Assembly (NCBI GenBank): GCA_026025075.1
Contig: JAPEUI010000018.1
Coordinates: forward strand, 1-64,000
Direction: 5' to 3'
DNA from: Vezdaea acicularis
Lineage: Eukaryota
Length of the DNA stretch: 64,000 bases
A program made the position numbers and the translations under genes. The stretch's first letter is position 1. The number at the start of each line of letters is the position of its first letter. The notes below the pieces were generated by a model. The model was given only the letters and a program-made list of their open reading frames with translations. It did not search any database and was not told the origin of the DNA. Positions 31,946 to 43,055 of this stretch are shown piece after piece.

Positions 31946-34900
31946 TTGGGAAAGCTTCCGCAGCTAACATTGACAAACCCGGCGTATAGCGGTATGGCTG
32001 CAAATAGTATCAATGGTGCGACAGTGCCTCTTTCAACCGATTCTCAAGGCGGGCGTCGACCGAGCTTGCCGCATCATCATTCGGCCGATAAACATCACTT
32101 ATTGGCGTCGAACTTGGCAGTGAAAAAGGGCGGCGTAGATGATACGAAAAACTCGCCTGGTAGAAGGGGGTCGTGGCTATCGAGCCTACAGTCGAAGTTC
32201 ACGAATAACCCGTCACTACAATCATCTACTACACCTCCCGCGACACCGTCGAAAGCGCCTCAAGAGAAGGCCGTCCCCCATGACGCCGATGGAATTCCAA
32301 GACCCCCAATCCATCATTCTGCTACGGCTCTCCTCCCACCTGGGAAGGAACGTAATTCCGACGACCTCTCTCCCTATGTACCGTCTCCACCAGCTGCTAA
32401 GAATCCAAGCTTCCTACAAAATGCGCTCCGAAGGCTGTCGTCCTCAGGTCCAGGCAGTCTATCTGGGAAGATGGCGGGCACTGGCGGATTGGTGGAACGC
32501 CGCGTGATGAACAAAGATCCTAACCGAGAACGATGTCGCATCGAAGAGCTAGATGTTGGGAAATTGCGGCGCGTAGCGTTTTGTGTTGATGTTGAGATTG
32601 CGGGCGGACCGCATTACCAGACTGATGCAGACGCTAAAGACAAGAAAAAGAAGGACAAAGATATTAGAATGAAAGAAAAGGGTGAGGGGGCAACGCTTAA
32701 GAACCCCGAGGCTGCGGCAACAGAGAAGGAAAAGGATGGTATGGTTACCGTGGATGGTGAACCAGTTGAAGATGTCAGTAAGGAGGCCCCTGATGGAAAG
32801 CCTGTGGTGGAAGAAGACAAGAAAGACTCGACTCGGAAAAAGGAGAAGAAAAAACGATCTGAAGAAGAGCGCAAAGAGCGGAAAGAGAAAAAGAGGCGGC
32901 AGGCAGAGGATGATGGAAAAATACCTATGGAGATGACAAGAGAAGTGAAAGATAACAGCTCGGCATCAACAACACCTCCTGGAGCCACGACACCAAAGTG
33001 TTCCGATCGGCCTACAACAGACCCAGTACGGATATACCGGCGATGCTGCCAGTTACGTGAAACTGGAATCCTCAAAAAGGTCACAGAACAACTTTCACAC
33101 CCCGCTGCTTGCGCCGCGGCTACGCCTGGCGTAGTCACATGCCTCAACCTTTCTGGCTATAAGATTCCCTTTCAGGACGTGATCACGCTCGGAGATTTCT
33201 TGGCCGTTGTACCAGTGAAGAAAGTCGTCCTAGAAGACTGCGGACTTGGAGATGAATCTGTCCGAGTCATACTGGCCGGCCTGCTTTCAGCTAGAGCTCC
33301 TGTAGGTTCACAATTAGGCAAAAGAACCTCGAGAGAAAATAAAGAGCTCGAAGAGAAGATCCCAGAGCGATATGGAGTCGTGGAAAAGCTTATTCTCAAG
33401 AACAATCCCAACATCGGCAGGACAGGATGGGGTCACATAAGCCTCTTCTTGCACATGTCTCATTCGATAAAAGCCATTGACCTCTCCGGCATTCCCTTCC
33501 CTGCGACTACCTCAAACTCTACTCCTTCGGGATCTCACGATTCTTTTTACAATAACAAGAAATTACCTGAAGACTGTATGGTTATCTTCGCCAGGGCTAT
33601 CAAAGAGCGGCTGGCAGGACCTCATTTTGAAGAGCTAGTTATGGCTGAATGTAACCTCACTACTACGCACATAGGGCAAATTGTCGATGCTGTCATAGTT
33701 AGCGGTCTCACAAGACTTGGACTTGCGAGTAACCACATAACGATGGAAGGACTGGAGCATGTCGCAAGATTTATCAAAGCCGCTAAGTGTGAGGGTCTCG
33801 ACCTGGGTGGGAACGATCTCCGAGAGTTACAGCATATTCTTGCAAACGCTTTCACCGAACAGACACCAACGTACGCGCTTAGTCTAGCAGACTGTAATCT
33901 GACCGTGTCAGCGCTATCTACCTTATTCCCGGCATTAACTAAGCTCCCTAATTTCCGTTTCCTCGACCTCTCGCAGAACAAGAGTCTTTTCTCTACTCCT
34001 TCAAATGCAACGAATGCTCTTTACCTGCTCAGGAGTTACCTACCTAAGTTACGCCTCCTGAAACGGATACATCTTACAAATATTGATATGTCGCCTGACC
34101 ATGCGATAGCACTCGCTGAGATTCTTCCCGAAGTACCTACTTTAGCTCATCTTAATATCCTAGAGAACCCTCAATTGACAGCTTTGGCCTCCGCAAAAGA
34201 CGAAGCAGGCCAAGAAGAAGCTTGCGCCTTATATGCCTCATTGATGGCTGCCGCCCGAGTCTCAAATTCGCTCGTAAGCATCGATATCGACGTACCAAGC
34301 CCAGAGTCGAGCGACGTTGTCAAAGCCTTGGCCAAGCAAGTTGTTGCTTACAGTCTACGCAACATGGAACGAGGCGCTTGTGCCGACATTGCACCGCCTG
34401 AAAATGAGAAGGCGGTTGCAATTCCAGATGTCCTCATACATCTGATTGGTCATCAAGAAGGCTACCCTGAGAATCACGACAACGATCCGCCTGCTCCAGA
34501 CGATGACTATGTGATTGGTGGAACGGGCGTCGTTAAAGCGCTTGGAATCTGTCTGAACAGCAGATTAAGAGACTCGGGTAGAAACGGGAAAGAACGGACG
34601 GAGTCGCCAAACGGAGCTGGCTCCGGATACATTACCCCAGTTAAGGATCTTCAAGGAGCTGAGATCGGCGACGTGAAGGCCAAGAAGATGTCAGAAAATC
34701 TTCTGGGCAGTGCTAGGAAGATTCGCGCGAGGCTACAGCCAGCTTTGGTCAAAGAGGCGAAGTCTGGCAATGACATGAGTTTCCGTAAGTACACTTGTGG
34801 CAGGGCCTCAGAGATATTTGCTAACACTTACCCAGGCCGTCTTCTTTTCCTCGATAATACTCTTGCCGGCGTAATCCGCCGTTTTGAAGACGAGTATCCC

Positions 34901-35641
34901 GAGACCAGGTTACAGCCACCTTCACCCGAACCTACATCTCCTTCAGCCGTAGAAGGCGAAGTAAGTCCCTCCTCTTCACTACCAGACCAAGCCTCTCTCG
35001 ACAGCGCCGACGCGCCTGTATCCTCTGTCACTACGACGGAAGCGCTCCCTATCGTGTCCGATGATGAAGACGACCCGGAAGATACGATGCACGCGCATCT
35101 CCAACGACACGACTCGAATGTCTCACTCGCTTCCCGCGCCCTTAGCATTGAAGAAGGGCGCATGCACCGGTTTGGGCAGACGATGCGCCGAGAGATTCTC
35201 CGCCCACAGACCCTCGATCATGCCCACGGTACTACTGGGGAAGAGACAGACCCTGAACACGTGGCGCTGCTTCGCGAAAAACTTGAGTCTCTCTCCGGCC
35301 CTGAAGTAAAGTCCAAGATCAACACCCTCGGCGTCGAAACAACCCTCCGTGAGATGGAGAAGAGCATGGAGGAGCTCAGACGTCTGGAGCGAGAGGACCC
35401 CGAGCAGTTCAAGGCGAGCCGAGAACAGCACCTTGCCACGCTCAGTCGGAAATTGGAGGATATGTCGGGTGAGGAGATTAAGCAGGCGGTGAGTGGGATG
35501 AGCGTGGAGGCTGCGCTGGCAAAGATTGGCGCCAGTAGAGCGGAGCTGCAGCGCTTGCAGGCGGAGGATCCGGACTCATGGAACAGCCTAACGGAGGCGC
35601 AGAGGAATGCTCAGGAAGCTGGGGCTGGGTCACGGCCATGA
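31946..35641 (+). CDS. MHP1: RNI-like leucine-rich-repeat protein (Mhp1-like); 5' exons unresolved; intron 34785-34835
   Basis: LRRVAFCVDV (RVxF-like), RIYRRCCQLRE, LRR units (LGLASNHI, LDLGGNDL, LSLADCNL, LDLSQN); acceptor at 31989 implies an upstream exon, possibly from ATG 31690. Confidence 0.72.
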   Translation: MGKLPQLTLTNPAYSGMAANSINGATVPLSTDSQGGRRPSLPHHHSADKHHLLASNLAVKKGGVDDTKNSPGRRGSWLSSLQSKFTNNPSLQSSTTPPATPSKAPQEKAVPHDADGIPRPPIHHSATALLPPGKERNSDDLSPYVPSPPAAKNPSFLQNALRRLSSSGPGSLSGKMAGTGGLVERRVMNKDPNRERCRIEELDVGKLRRVAFCVDVEIAGGPHYQTDADAKDKKKKDKDIRMKEKGEGATLKNPEAAATEKEKDGMVTVDGEPVEDVSKEAPDGKPVVEEDKKDSTRKKEKKKRSEEERKERKEKKRRQAEDDGKIPMEMTREVKDNSSASTTPPGATTPKCSDRPTTDPVRIYRRCCQLRETGILKKVTEQLSHPAACAAATPGVVTCLNLSGYKIPFQDVITLGDFLAVVPVKKVVLEDCGLGDESVRVILAGLLSARAPVGSQLGKRTSRENKELEEKIPERYGVVEKLILKNNPNIGRTGWGHISLFLHMSHSIKAIDLSGIPFPATTSNSTPSGSHDSFYNNKKLPEDCMVIFARAIKERLAGPHFEELVMAECNLTTTHIGQIVDAVIVSGLTRLGLASNHITMEGLEHVARFIKAAKCEGLDLGGNDLRELQHILANAFTEQTPTYALSLADCNLTVSALSTLFPALTKLPNFRFLDLSQNKSLFSTPSNATNALYLLRSYLPKLRLLKRIHLTNIDMSPDHAIALAEILPEVPTLAHLNILENPQLTALASAKDEAGQEEACALYASLMAAARVSNSLVSIDIDVPSPESSDVVKALAKQVVAYSLRNMERGACADIAPPENEKAVAIPDVLIHLIGHQEGYPENHDNDPPAPDDDYVIGGTGVVKALGICLNSRLRDSGRNGKERTESPNGAGSGYITPVKDLQGAEIGDVKAKKMSENLLGSARKIRARLQPALVKEAKSGNDMSFRKYTCGRASEIFANTYPGRLLFLDNTLAGVIRRFEDEYPETRLQPPSPEPTSPSAVEGEVSPSSSLPDQASLDSADAPVSSVTTTEALPIVSDDEDDPEDTMHAHLQRHDSNVSLASRALSIEEGRMHRFGQTMRREILRPQTLDHAHGTTGEETDPEHVALLREKLESLSGPEVKSKINTLGVETTLREMEKSMEELRRLEREDPEQFKASREQHLATLSRKLEDMSGEEIKQAVSGMSVEAALAKIGASRAELQRLQAEDPDSWNSLTEAQRNAQEAGAGSRP

Positions 35642-36213
35642 TGAACGCAGTGTGATTTCTTAGGGGCGCTTCTTTCACACTGGTGGTGAAGTTGGGGGTG
35701 CGATGCGATGTCACTCTATTGCTACTGTTATTCTTGCTGGGGGATGACTAGGTGCGAGGCTTGGAGTCCTTACCACCGCCGTTGTGCTGCTGTGTGCGTT
35801 TCTTGCTTCACCAATTGGTCGAGGCGTTTCGATGGGATATCACTTTCTCCTCTTTCTAGTTCTTCTCTCTGTATTTAAACGCGAGCTGGGAAGCTACGGC
35901 CACTATGTTGATATGATATTTCTCATCGAAACATGATATGCGAGAGACTCAGACATATGAGACCTATGCAGCCTGCGTGCTAGAGATGAGGATTATCAGA
36001 GGTAAAGTGGTGATATCCTAATAAAGGAGAAGAACGAGCTTCGCCCGCGCTTCCCCCAAACCTCGGCTCTTTCTCCCCCCACCAAGCTCGACCAGGAAGT
36101 TCATCCCTACCACCAACCATGTCTTAAGGCCCCAGCCAGCGCTCGAAAGACTCTACTTTCAACATGCGGTGATACCCCCAGACCTTCTCCTCTCCATACA
36201 GTCTCCCTCCCAC

Positions 36214-37041
36214 ATGTCTTCCCCCCGCGCTCCCCCACCAAAGGTACTCCTCTTCGACATCGGGGGCGTCGTCGTCCTATCCCCGATGCTCGGCATCCGT
36301 AGCTACGAAGAGACCCATGGCATTCCCTTAGGGTATATAAACCACGCCATCTCTGTCTCTGCGCCGAACGGCGCGTTCCAGCGACTAGAGCGTGGGGAAG
36401 TCAAGCTTGATGGACGGTTCTACGCGGAGTTCAAGAGGGATATAGAGGACCCGAAGGTGTGGGAGAGGTGGTGTAAAAGGCATGCTTTGGGAGGTAAAGG
36501 GCGGAAGGAAAGGCCAAGAGTGGACCCGCAAGAGTTGTTTTGGCAGATGATGGGGGTTGCTAGGACGCCGGATCCGTGGATGTATCCAGCTGTGAAGAGG
36601 TTGAAGGAGAGTGGGATGTTCACGCTCGCGGCGCTGAGTAATACGGTGCCATTCCCAGATGGGCATATGTTCGCTGGTACTGGTGGTGGTGAGGAGGGTG
36701 GTGTGGATATAAGGGGGCTCTTCGATGTGTTTATCAGTAGTTGCGAGGTGGGCATGAGGAAGCCCGAGAGGGGGATATATGAGCTGGCGCTTAGGGAGGT
36801 AGGGAAGTGGAGGGGAGAGGGGCGGTTAGATGGAGATCATGGGGATGGAGAGGGAGCAGGGTTGAAGGCTGAGGAAGTCCTGTTTCTGGATGATATTGGG
36901 GGGAACTTGAAGCTGGCAAAGGAGCTGGGTATGAGAACGTTGAAGGTCCCGCTTGGGGGCACGAGGGAGGTGGTGAAAGAGTTGGAGAGGATTACGTGTA
37001 TGAAGCTGCTAGTGAGTGAAGATGAGAAGAGTAAGTTGTGA
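36214..37041 (+). CDS. HAD-superfamily hydrolase (epoxide hydrolase N-terminal/ACAD10-like)
   Basis: LLFDIGGVV, ALSNT, EVGMRKPERGIY, LFLDDIGGNLKLAKELGM. Confidence 0.88.
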   Translation: MSSPRAPPPKVLLFDIGGVVVLSPMLGIRSYEETHGIPLGYINHAISVSAPNGAFQRLERGEVKLDGRFYAEFKRDIEDPKVWERWCKRHALGGKGRKERPRVDPQELFWQMMGVARTPDPWMYPAVKRLKESGMFTLAALSNTVPFPDGHMFAGTGGGEEGGVDIRGLFDVFISSCEVGMRKPERGIYELALREVGKWRGEGRLDGDHGDGEGAGLKAEEVLFLDDIGGNLKLAKELGMRTLKVPLGGTREVVKELERITCMKLLVSEDEKSKL

Positions 37042-37787
37042 CACTGGCGATTGAATGTGCATAATATGTGCATGGAAAGGGAGGATAGATGTTGTGGTAA
37101 GCTATTATACCTTGAGATGGCTGTAATGTTAGTGTATCTATACCTCAATTGGCGCACAATGTCCAAAGATCAAGGCCCCATAAGTCCCAATGGCTCTTTT
37201 GGTCCACGTTCATCTCTTTTGTTGGCGATAATCAGATAATGCTCTGCGTCAGATGTTTGCGAATACGTTCAGTAGAGTCCTCTAGCGTATGTGAGATCTC
37301 GAGAAGCCCCCGGTTCTTAGTAGACTTCGGCTAAAAGTCATGATCAGAGCGTGAAGAGCGCTACAACGTGATATCTGGACAGCGTCAAGGATATCCCCAA
37401 GGGAAGGTAAGCAGTGACATGCTTCTCCTCATTGAGCGATTTTCGTGGTGGTATCAAACTCGTATCAGAGTCGCCATAGCCCCCTGCCGCATGCTTGCGG
37501 TTCGCTAAGACTTTAGCGCGCTTTCCAAGTTCAGCCTAGTTGGCTTAGGACAGAATTTCGTATGCAGTTTCCTCGAACCTCCTCCTTTCCAATACAAGAT
37601 CCACTGCCCATCTGCATAGAAACCACACGGCTGTCGACATCCTCATCAATGGCCGAACCGATACGATAAGACAGAAAGCCTGAGCGTTGATCAGTCTGGG
37701 CCCACAAGGCGCTGCCGCCCCGGTCGCGAGGCCCTCCTTTAAATCCTCCAACCAAGGAGCGATCTTCAACCTTTCTTCACGTTCGTG

Positions 37788-39013
37788 ATGCCGACCACAC
37801 GCTCCCTTCGCCGCTCGAACCCAATAACTCTCCTCCTCGGGGCCGTCTTAACCCTAGGGTTTCTTTTCTTTCTTCTCTCGCCCCCTCATAGCGCTTCTGC
37901 ATCAGCCAGATCGAAACACGCCTCCGCTGCCTCCAATCCGCTCTCACCTCCGACCTCCCCTTTTAGAAAGCAGTCTCCTGAAGCCAACGGGAAGCGCGTT
38001 CCTCCACCAGTAGTACACTACTTCCTCAACAATGTTACTACAACGACAGACCCCGAGAAGCACAGGGAGACCATCTTGATTCTGACGCCCCTGGCGCGGT
38101 TCTATCAGGAGTACTGGGATAATCTGTTAAAACTCACCTACCCCCACCAACTTATATCGCTGGGCTTTATCATCCCCAAGAACTACGAAGGCAATGCCGC
38201 GACCTCGGCACTACAATCCGCTATCGCGCTCACTCAATCAGGCCCGGAGGCCGCCCGTTTCGCCAGCATAACCATCCTCCGTCAAGACTTCGACCCCCCC
38301 GTCTCCCAGAACGAAGCCGACCGCCACGCCCTCTCCCACCAAAAGGAACGACGAGCCGCCATGGCGCGCGCGCGAAACTCCCTGCTCTTCACCACGATCG
38401 GGCCCAGCACCTCCTGGGTCCTCTGGCTCGACGCCGACGTGATCGAGACGCCTCCGACGCTGATCCAAGACCTCGCCAGCCACGACAAACCCATCATCGT
38501 GCCCAACTGCTGGCAGCGCTTCACCGACGACGCCGGCAAACCCAACGTCCGGCCCTACGACTACAACAACTGGCAGGACAGCGAGGCCGCCGCCCAGCTC
38601 GCCTCCACTATGGGCCCCGACGACATCCTGCTCGAGGGCTACGCCGAAATGCCCACCTGGCGCAGCCTCATGGCCAAAGTTGGCAGCCCGACCAACAAGA
38701 AGGCCAATCCCCGCACCCTCATCCCGCTCGACGGCGTCGGTGGCACCGCCTTGCTGGTCAAGGCCGAGGTCCATCGCGATGGCGCCATGTTCCCCCCCTT
38801 CGCTTTCTATCACCTCATCGAGACGGAGGGCTTTGCGCGCATGGCGAAACGGCTGGGTTGGGGCTCTTGGGGGTTGCCGAATTATTTCGTGAGTTACTTC
38901 TACCCCTTCCGCCCCTCTCTTTCATATCATGGAGAGGAATTATCCATCGATATGAATAGGGGAGAAATACCTTTCACTAATTTTGATCACAGGTGTACCA
39001 TTATAACGAATAG
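37788..39013 (+). CDS. MNN9: Golgi mannan polymerase subunit, Anp1/GT62 family; intron 38889-38992
   Basis: type II anchor, ILILTPLARFYQEYWDNL, ARARNSLL, WLDADV (DxD), LDGVGGTALLVKAEVHRDGAMFP, IETEGFA; spliced end VYHYNE*. Confidence 0.88.
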
Positions 39014-39477
39014 AAAAAAACCTTCGACGCGAATCATCGCGTCCCTTTTTAGACTGCATTCGGTTGCGTGTGCTGCTCGCTGCTCTCTGCCCTACGGCCG
39101 ATCGAGCAGTTGGTGGTTTGCTGGCGTTTAGGGGATCTGGCTGGCTGAGTCGGTGGGCTCTTTCGCGTCTTTTGCTATGAGTACTTCTTGCTTGTACTGT
39201 ACATAGAGAGCGTAGTAGGACAGACGGGATCATCTTCCTCCTGGCATCTACATGATCAAGAAGCTCAGGGGAGGAGAAGAGGGGGGGCGAGAGGGAGGGA
39301 TATCAGGCATTCAAAATACAAAAACTACAAATCACCCCCGCTTAATTCACATGCAAATGTCCTATCTGACGTTTGGCCTCAGTCTTCGTCCGGCGAAGAC
39401 TGATTCATCTCAAGTCACTTTCGGTTCACATTGTGCAGACGTCTCACTTGAAATCAAACAATTGTTTGAACTTGATT

Positions 39478-41149
39478 TTATTGTAGCAAGCTTTGAATAT
39501 GGCCCTCAAAGTTAAAGTTGTAGGCAGCGTCCTCCGTATGTGGCGGGTCGGGGAGGCAGAAAAACGGCTCCTCCATGGCGAGAAAGGAGAGGTCGCTTAG
39601 ATCGCCGGCAATGGGGAATTGTGACTCGTTCCCTTGCTCGTGCTGCTGGCGGGGTGGTTGGGGGTATGTGCGGTCCTCCATCGCTATGAATGAGAGGCCG
39701 TTTAGGTCGTCAGCAGCGCGGGGTTGCGACTCGTTTTCTTGCTGGCGCTGCTGTTGGCGGGGCTGTTGGCGGGGCGGCTGGGAGTGTATGAGGTCCCCCA
39801 TGATGTTGGCAGGGCAGATGGTGGGCTGCTCTTGACGCGGGGGGTGTGGAAGATCCCCCAAATCACCGAGGAGACGAAGAATCTCCTCTTGCTCCTGCTG
39901 CTCCCAGTCAAGGTCGAAGGGCAGCGGTAGTTCCTCCTCCTGTGCTAGCTGCTGAGGAAAGGGGAGGTCGCCCGAATTTTCGGGAAGCAAGAAAGATTGC
40001 TGCTCCTGTTGTTCAGGGTGGGAGGGACCATCCACCTCCTCGGTGAAGGAGGAGGTTTCTTGTTGCCGCTGCTGCTGGCGTAGCTGCCAACCAGGAAGAA
40101 AGAGCGCCGAGTGCATATGCCGTGCTTGCTGGCGAGGTAACGGGGGACCGCTCAGGTCGTCTGCAGCAGAGAAGAAGCTCTGCTGCGTCTGCCACGTTTG
40201 CTGGCGAGGGAAGGGAGGGCCATCGAAGTCGCCGGCAGCAGGGAAGAAACTTGGCTGTGTCTGCTGTGCCTGCTCTGTCTGCTCTGTCTGCTCCGTCTGC
40301 TGCATGCACCTAGCCAGAGGAGAGACCCTTCGGCGACCTCCCGCGGCACCGGCGTTCTTTCGTGCCTTCTTGGCGGGATGATCTGTGGGAGGTGTGGAGG
40401 GAGGTGTAGGCGGAGGGAGAGAAGAATCGCTCTGAAGCAAGTCGTAGCCACCGTCTAGGGAGGAAAAGGCCTGGCTGGCCGTCCGCTTCTGTGCTGGCCT
40501 CTTCGCCGTGCAAGTCGGGCATTCTGCCACGAACTTGCCTACCAGCTCCTTCGGTACTCCGGAGCGGATCCTGCCGACGAATTGGCAGGTTCCGTCACGC
40601 CCTCTGTGGCCACTGTTGATATGGCCCTGAGCGATCGCCCCGTAGAGGTCTTCTTGACAGACATACGGGGCCTCCGGGTCGTTGGCGTTCTTTAGCTTCG
40701 TTATGTCGTCCTTGTCATAGTTCGCCCGCCAAACGAGCGAACTCCCGAAGCCTGGAAGCTCTTTCAGGACGAAGCTCTTGAACGCCCAATGCCTAAGATA
40801 CACGTCAGGGAGACCGCTAGGTTACATGTGAGGGGAGTGAGTGAACTACTTACTTGTCATTGGCGTTTGTGATGATGTTCTCAGGGGGGCAATAGCCCCT
40901 TTGCTCCATCAGTATCCTGGCCCGTTTATTGTGGAGGCCTTCGTCAACCAATTCGAGGTAACCCTCGTCCTCAGCCTGCTGGTGGCACTCTCGCTCGAGA
41001 GCAATGTCCACCTTGAAGCTTAAGGTGGCTTTGACAGCCTCCAGGAGCTCGCCTTTGTTGACGAACTTCCTTTGCTTCGACACGTCCTTCGAAGCTAGCG
41101 TGCGTTGGAAGATCTCCCGGAAGCGCTCCTCGCTCGTAACGGTAGACAT
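39478..41149 (-). CDS. protein with integrase-type H2C2 zinc-binding domain and Gln/Pro-rich repetitive tail; exons 41149-40854, 40792-39478
   Basis: HINSGHRGRDGT..VPKELVGKFVAECPTC; 61-nt intron GTAAGT..CTGAC..TAG joins the 99-aa and 441-aa ORFs in frame. Confidence 0.78.
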
Positions 41150-41154
41150 GACGA

Positions 41155-41316
41155 GGTATGAGGGAGGGAGAGGAGGTTTGGTGGAGTGGTTGTGGAAGAG
41201 AGGGAGGAATGATGAGAGGGTGGAGAAGTAATGAGAAGAGGAAGAGGTAACGAAGAGGAGAAGAGGTAATGAGGAGAAGAAGAAGCAATGAGGGAGAGAA
41301 AGAGGTAATGAGGAGT
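41155..41316. repeat. purine-rich low-complexity tract with repeated GAGAAGAGGTAA(T)GAGGAG units
   Basis: visible GA-rich repeats; pyrimidine-rich on the sense strand of the integrase-finger gene leader. Confidence 0.55.
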
Positions 41317-43055
41317 AGCAATATAAACAGCTTTAACTCCCAGTAAACCAGGAAGACGTTATGATACCTCAGCTTATCTGATGTCCCAAGTATAATACAA
41401 GACAGAGTTCCCAATGTCTCAAAATTGTAATTGAAGGTAAGGATGATATTATCGTTCCAAGCTGTTCGTTGCAGATAAGTAGAAAGAAAGAAGAGAGAGA
41501 AAGGGTAGCAACAGCAGATTCTTATAGTCCTCCTCTGCTCACCAAGCCCTCCTCGAGCGGAGCTCAGCACGAGCATCGTGAAGCAGCTCATGACACATCG
41601 GTCATAGTGCCGGTGGAGCAGAAGATGAAGCCGTCGTTGCTACCCGGAGGAAGCTGTGTTGCATAAGTGTCATATTGTGGGTCCGCGAGAGCAATAGCTG
41701 GTCAAAACACCGCTGCGAGCAAGGCATTGGGTTCTATGAGGGCAAGGGATAGACCGAGGAACGGTTGAGAGAGCTCCGCTTTGCAGTCATCTCAGAGGAG
41801 GGAGCGGAACCTTTAGGGCTATGGAAGTCCCGAACGGTGTTAGGGGTAAGAGGAGAGTATTGTGGGGAGGTTGTTAGCGGCCATCCGTAGCACAGGGAGA
41901 CGGTGACATGGGAAAGGGGCGTGGTTATGGGTTGGTTGTAGTCGTGTCAAGTGCATGCACGGGTGCGATGTCGAGGCTTCCGGGATATTCTGCAGTCTGT
42001 GGTTGGTCACTTGGCATTGGATTGCTGGGCTGCGGCTGCGCCTCTGGGATATATGCTGGCGGGCTATGACGCATCAGCGCAGGAGACTAAGTGGGGAAGA
42101 AGAGGGAAAGGGGAAGGTGCTGCTGGGCTGGAAGAGGAAGGGGAAGGAGCCGAGGTACGAGAAGGCCGCGAAGGGAAAGCACGAGAGTGTCTGACGAGGA
42201 CCATTTCGTCTTGAGACCCGTTGGATAAGGTGGATTGCATTCTTTTAGTAGACTCTGCTGCTACTGCTATTGGACACACCTCTTTACCTACAGCTAGTCC
42301 ATCAAGAAATAGCCCTGTTGAGCGGAGGGGACCCATCATGCGTCATAAGACAGCGAGAAGAGATGCAGCAACACATGATTATGAGCGTTCCTTTCCATTC
42401 CAAGAGTGGTCGGGCGAAGCACCTCTCAAGTCGATAGGTAGACCCGCTGCTGGCACTATTCGAAGCCTGCTAGCTCTGCATGATCGGTCGATGAGGACAC
42501 CTAAAGGGTTTCGTGAGATGGTGGGCCGGCCCAAGATGGTAAGGTCCGCTTGTAGAAAGACACGCGGATGTTGGAAAGGGAAAGCGCAGCCCATCCGTCT
42601 CGTCATTGGCTAGCCTTAGGAACAAGTAAACAATGGCGTGCACTAAATCGTCCGTTATGCCGCTTTGGGCCACCAAGGTCCTCGCTTGTTTTAAGGTTAA
42701 AAGGGCAGTGGCGTTAGTAAGCCGCTAGGCTAAGGAAGGAGGTTACGCATGCCCGAAGGCCGCGACGTCCGCTCAGGGCCCAAAAATCCGATATCACGCG
42801 TCTGATAAACGCTTGGCAGCCAGAGAAAGATCGGGCACTGCATAGATCTGCATCGTATGACTCAACTCGGCGAGGCGCAAGTCGATCTTTGGGAATGGCT
42901 AGAATCCACAATGAAACCCCACACCGAGGCCCCTGTCTTTCTTGTCCGTTGTCTCCCCCTTGTGATGACGAGACTTGTGATCGTAGAGGGGACGGATTGA
43001 GCTTGACAATTGGCTTGTGGAAGGTCTAGCTGTCTACAATCTTGTCAGCGCTCAT

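Noticed and set aside
39478..43000. active LTR retrotransposon or DNA transposon
   Set aside because: No RT, RNase H, DDE core, LTRs or TIRs visible; the gene has a spliceosomal intron
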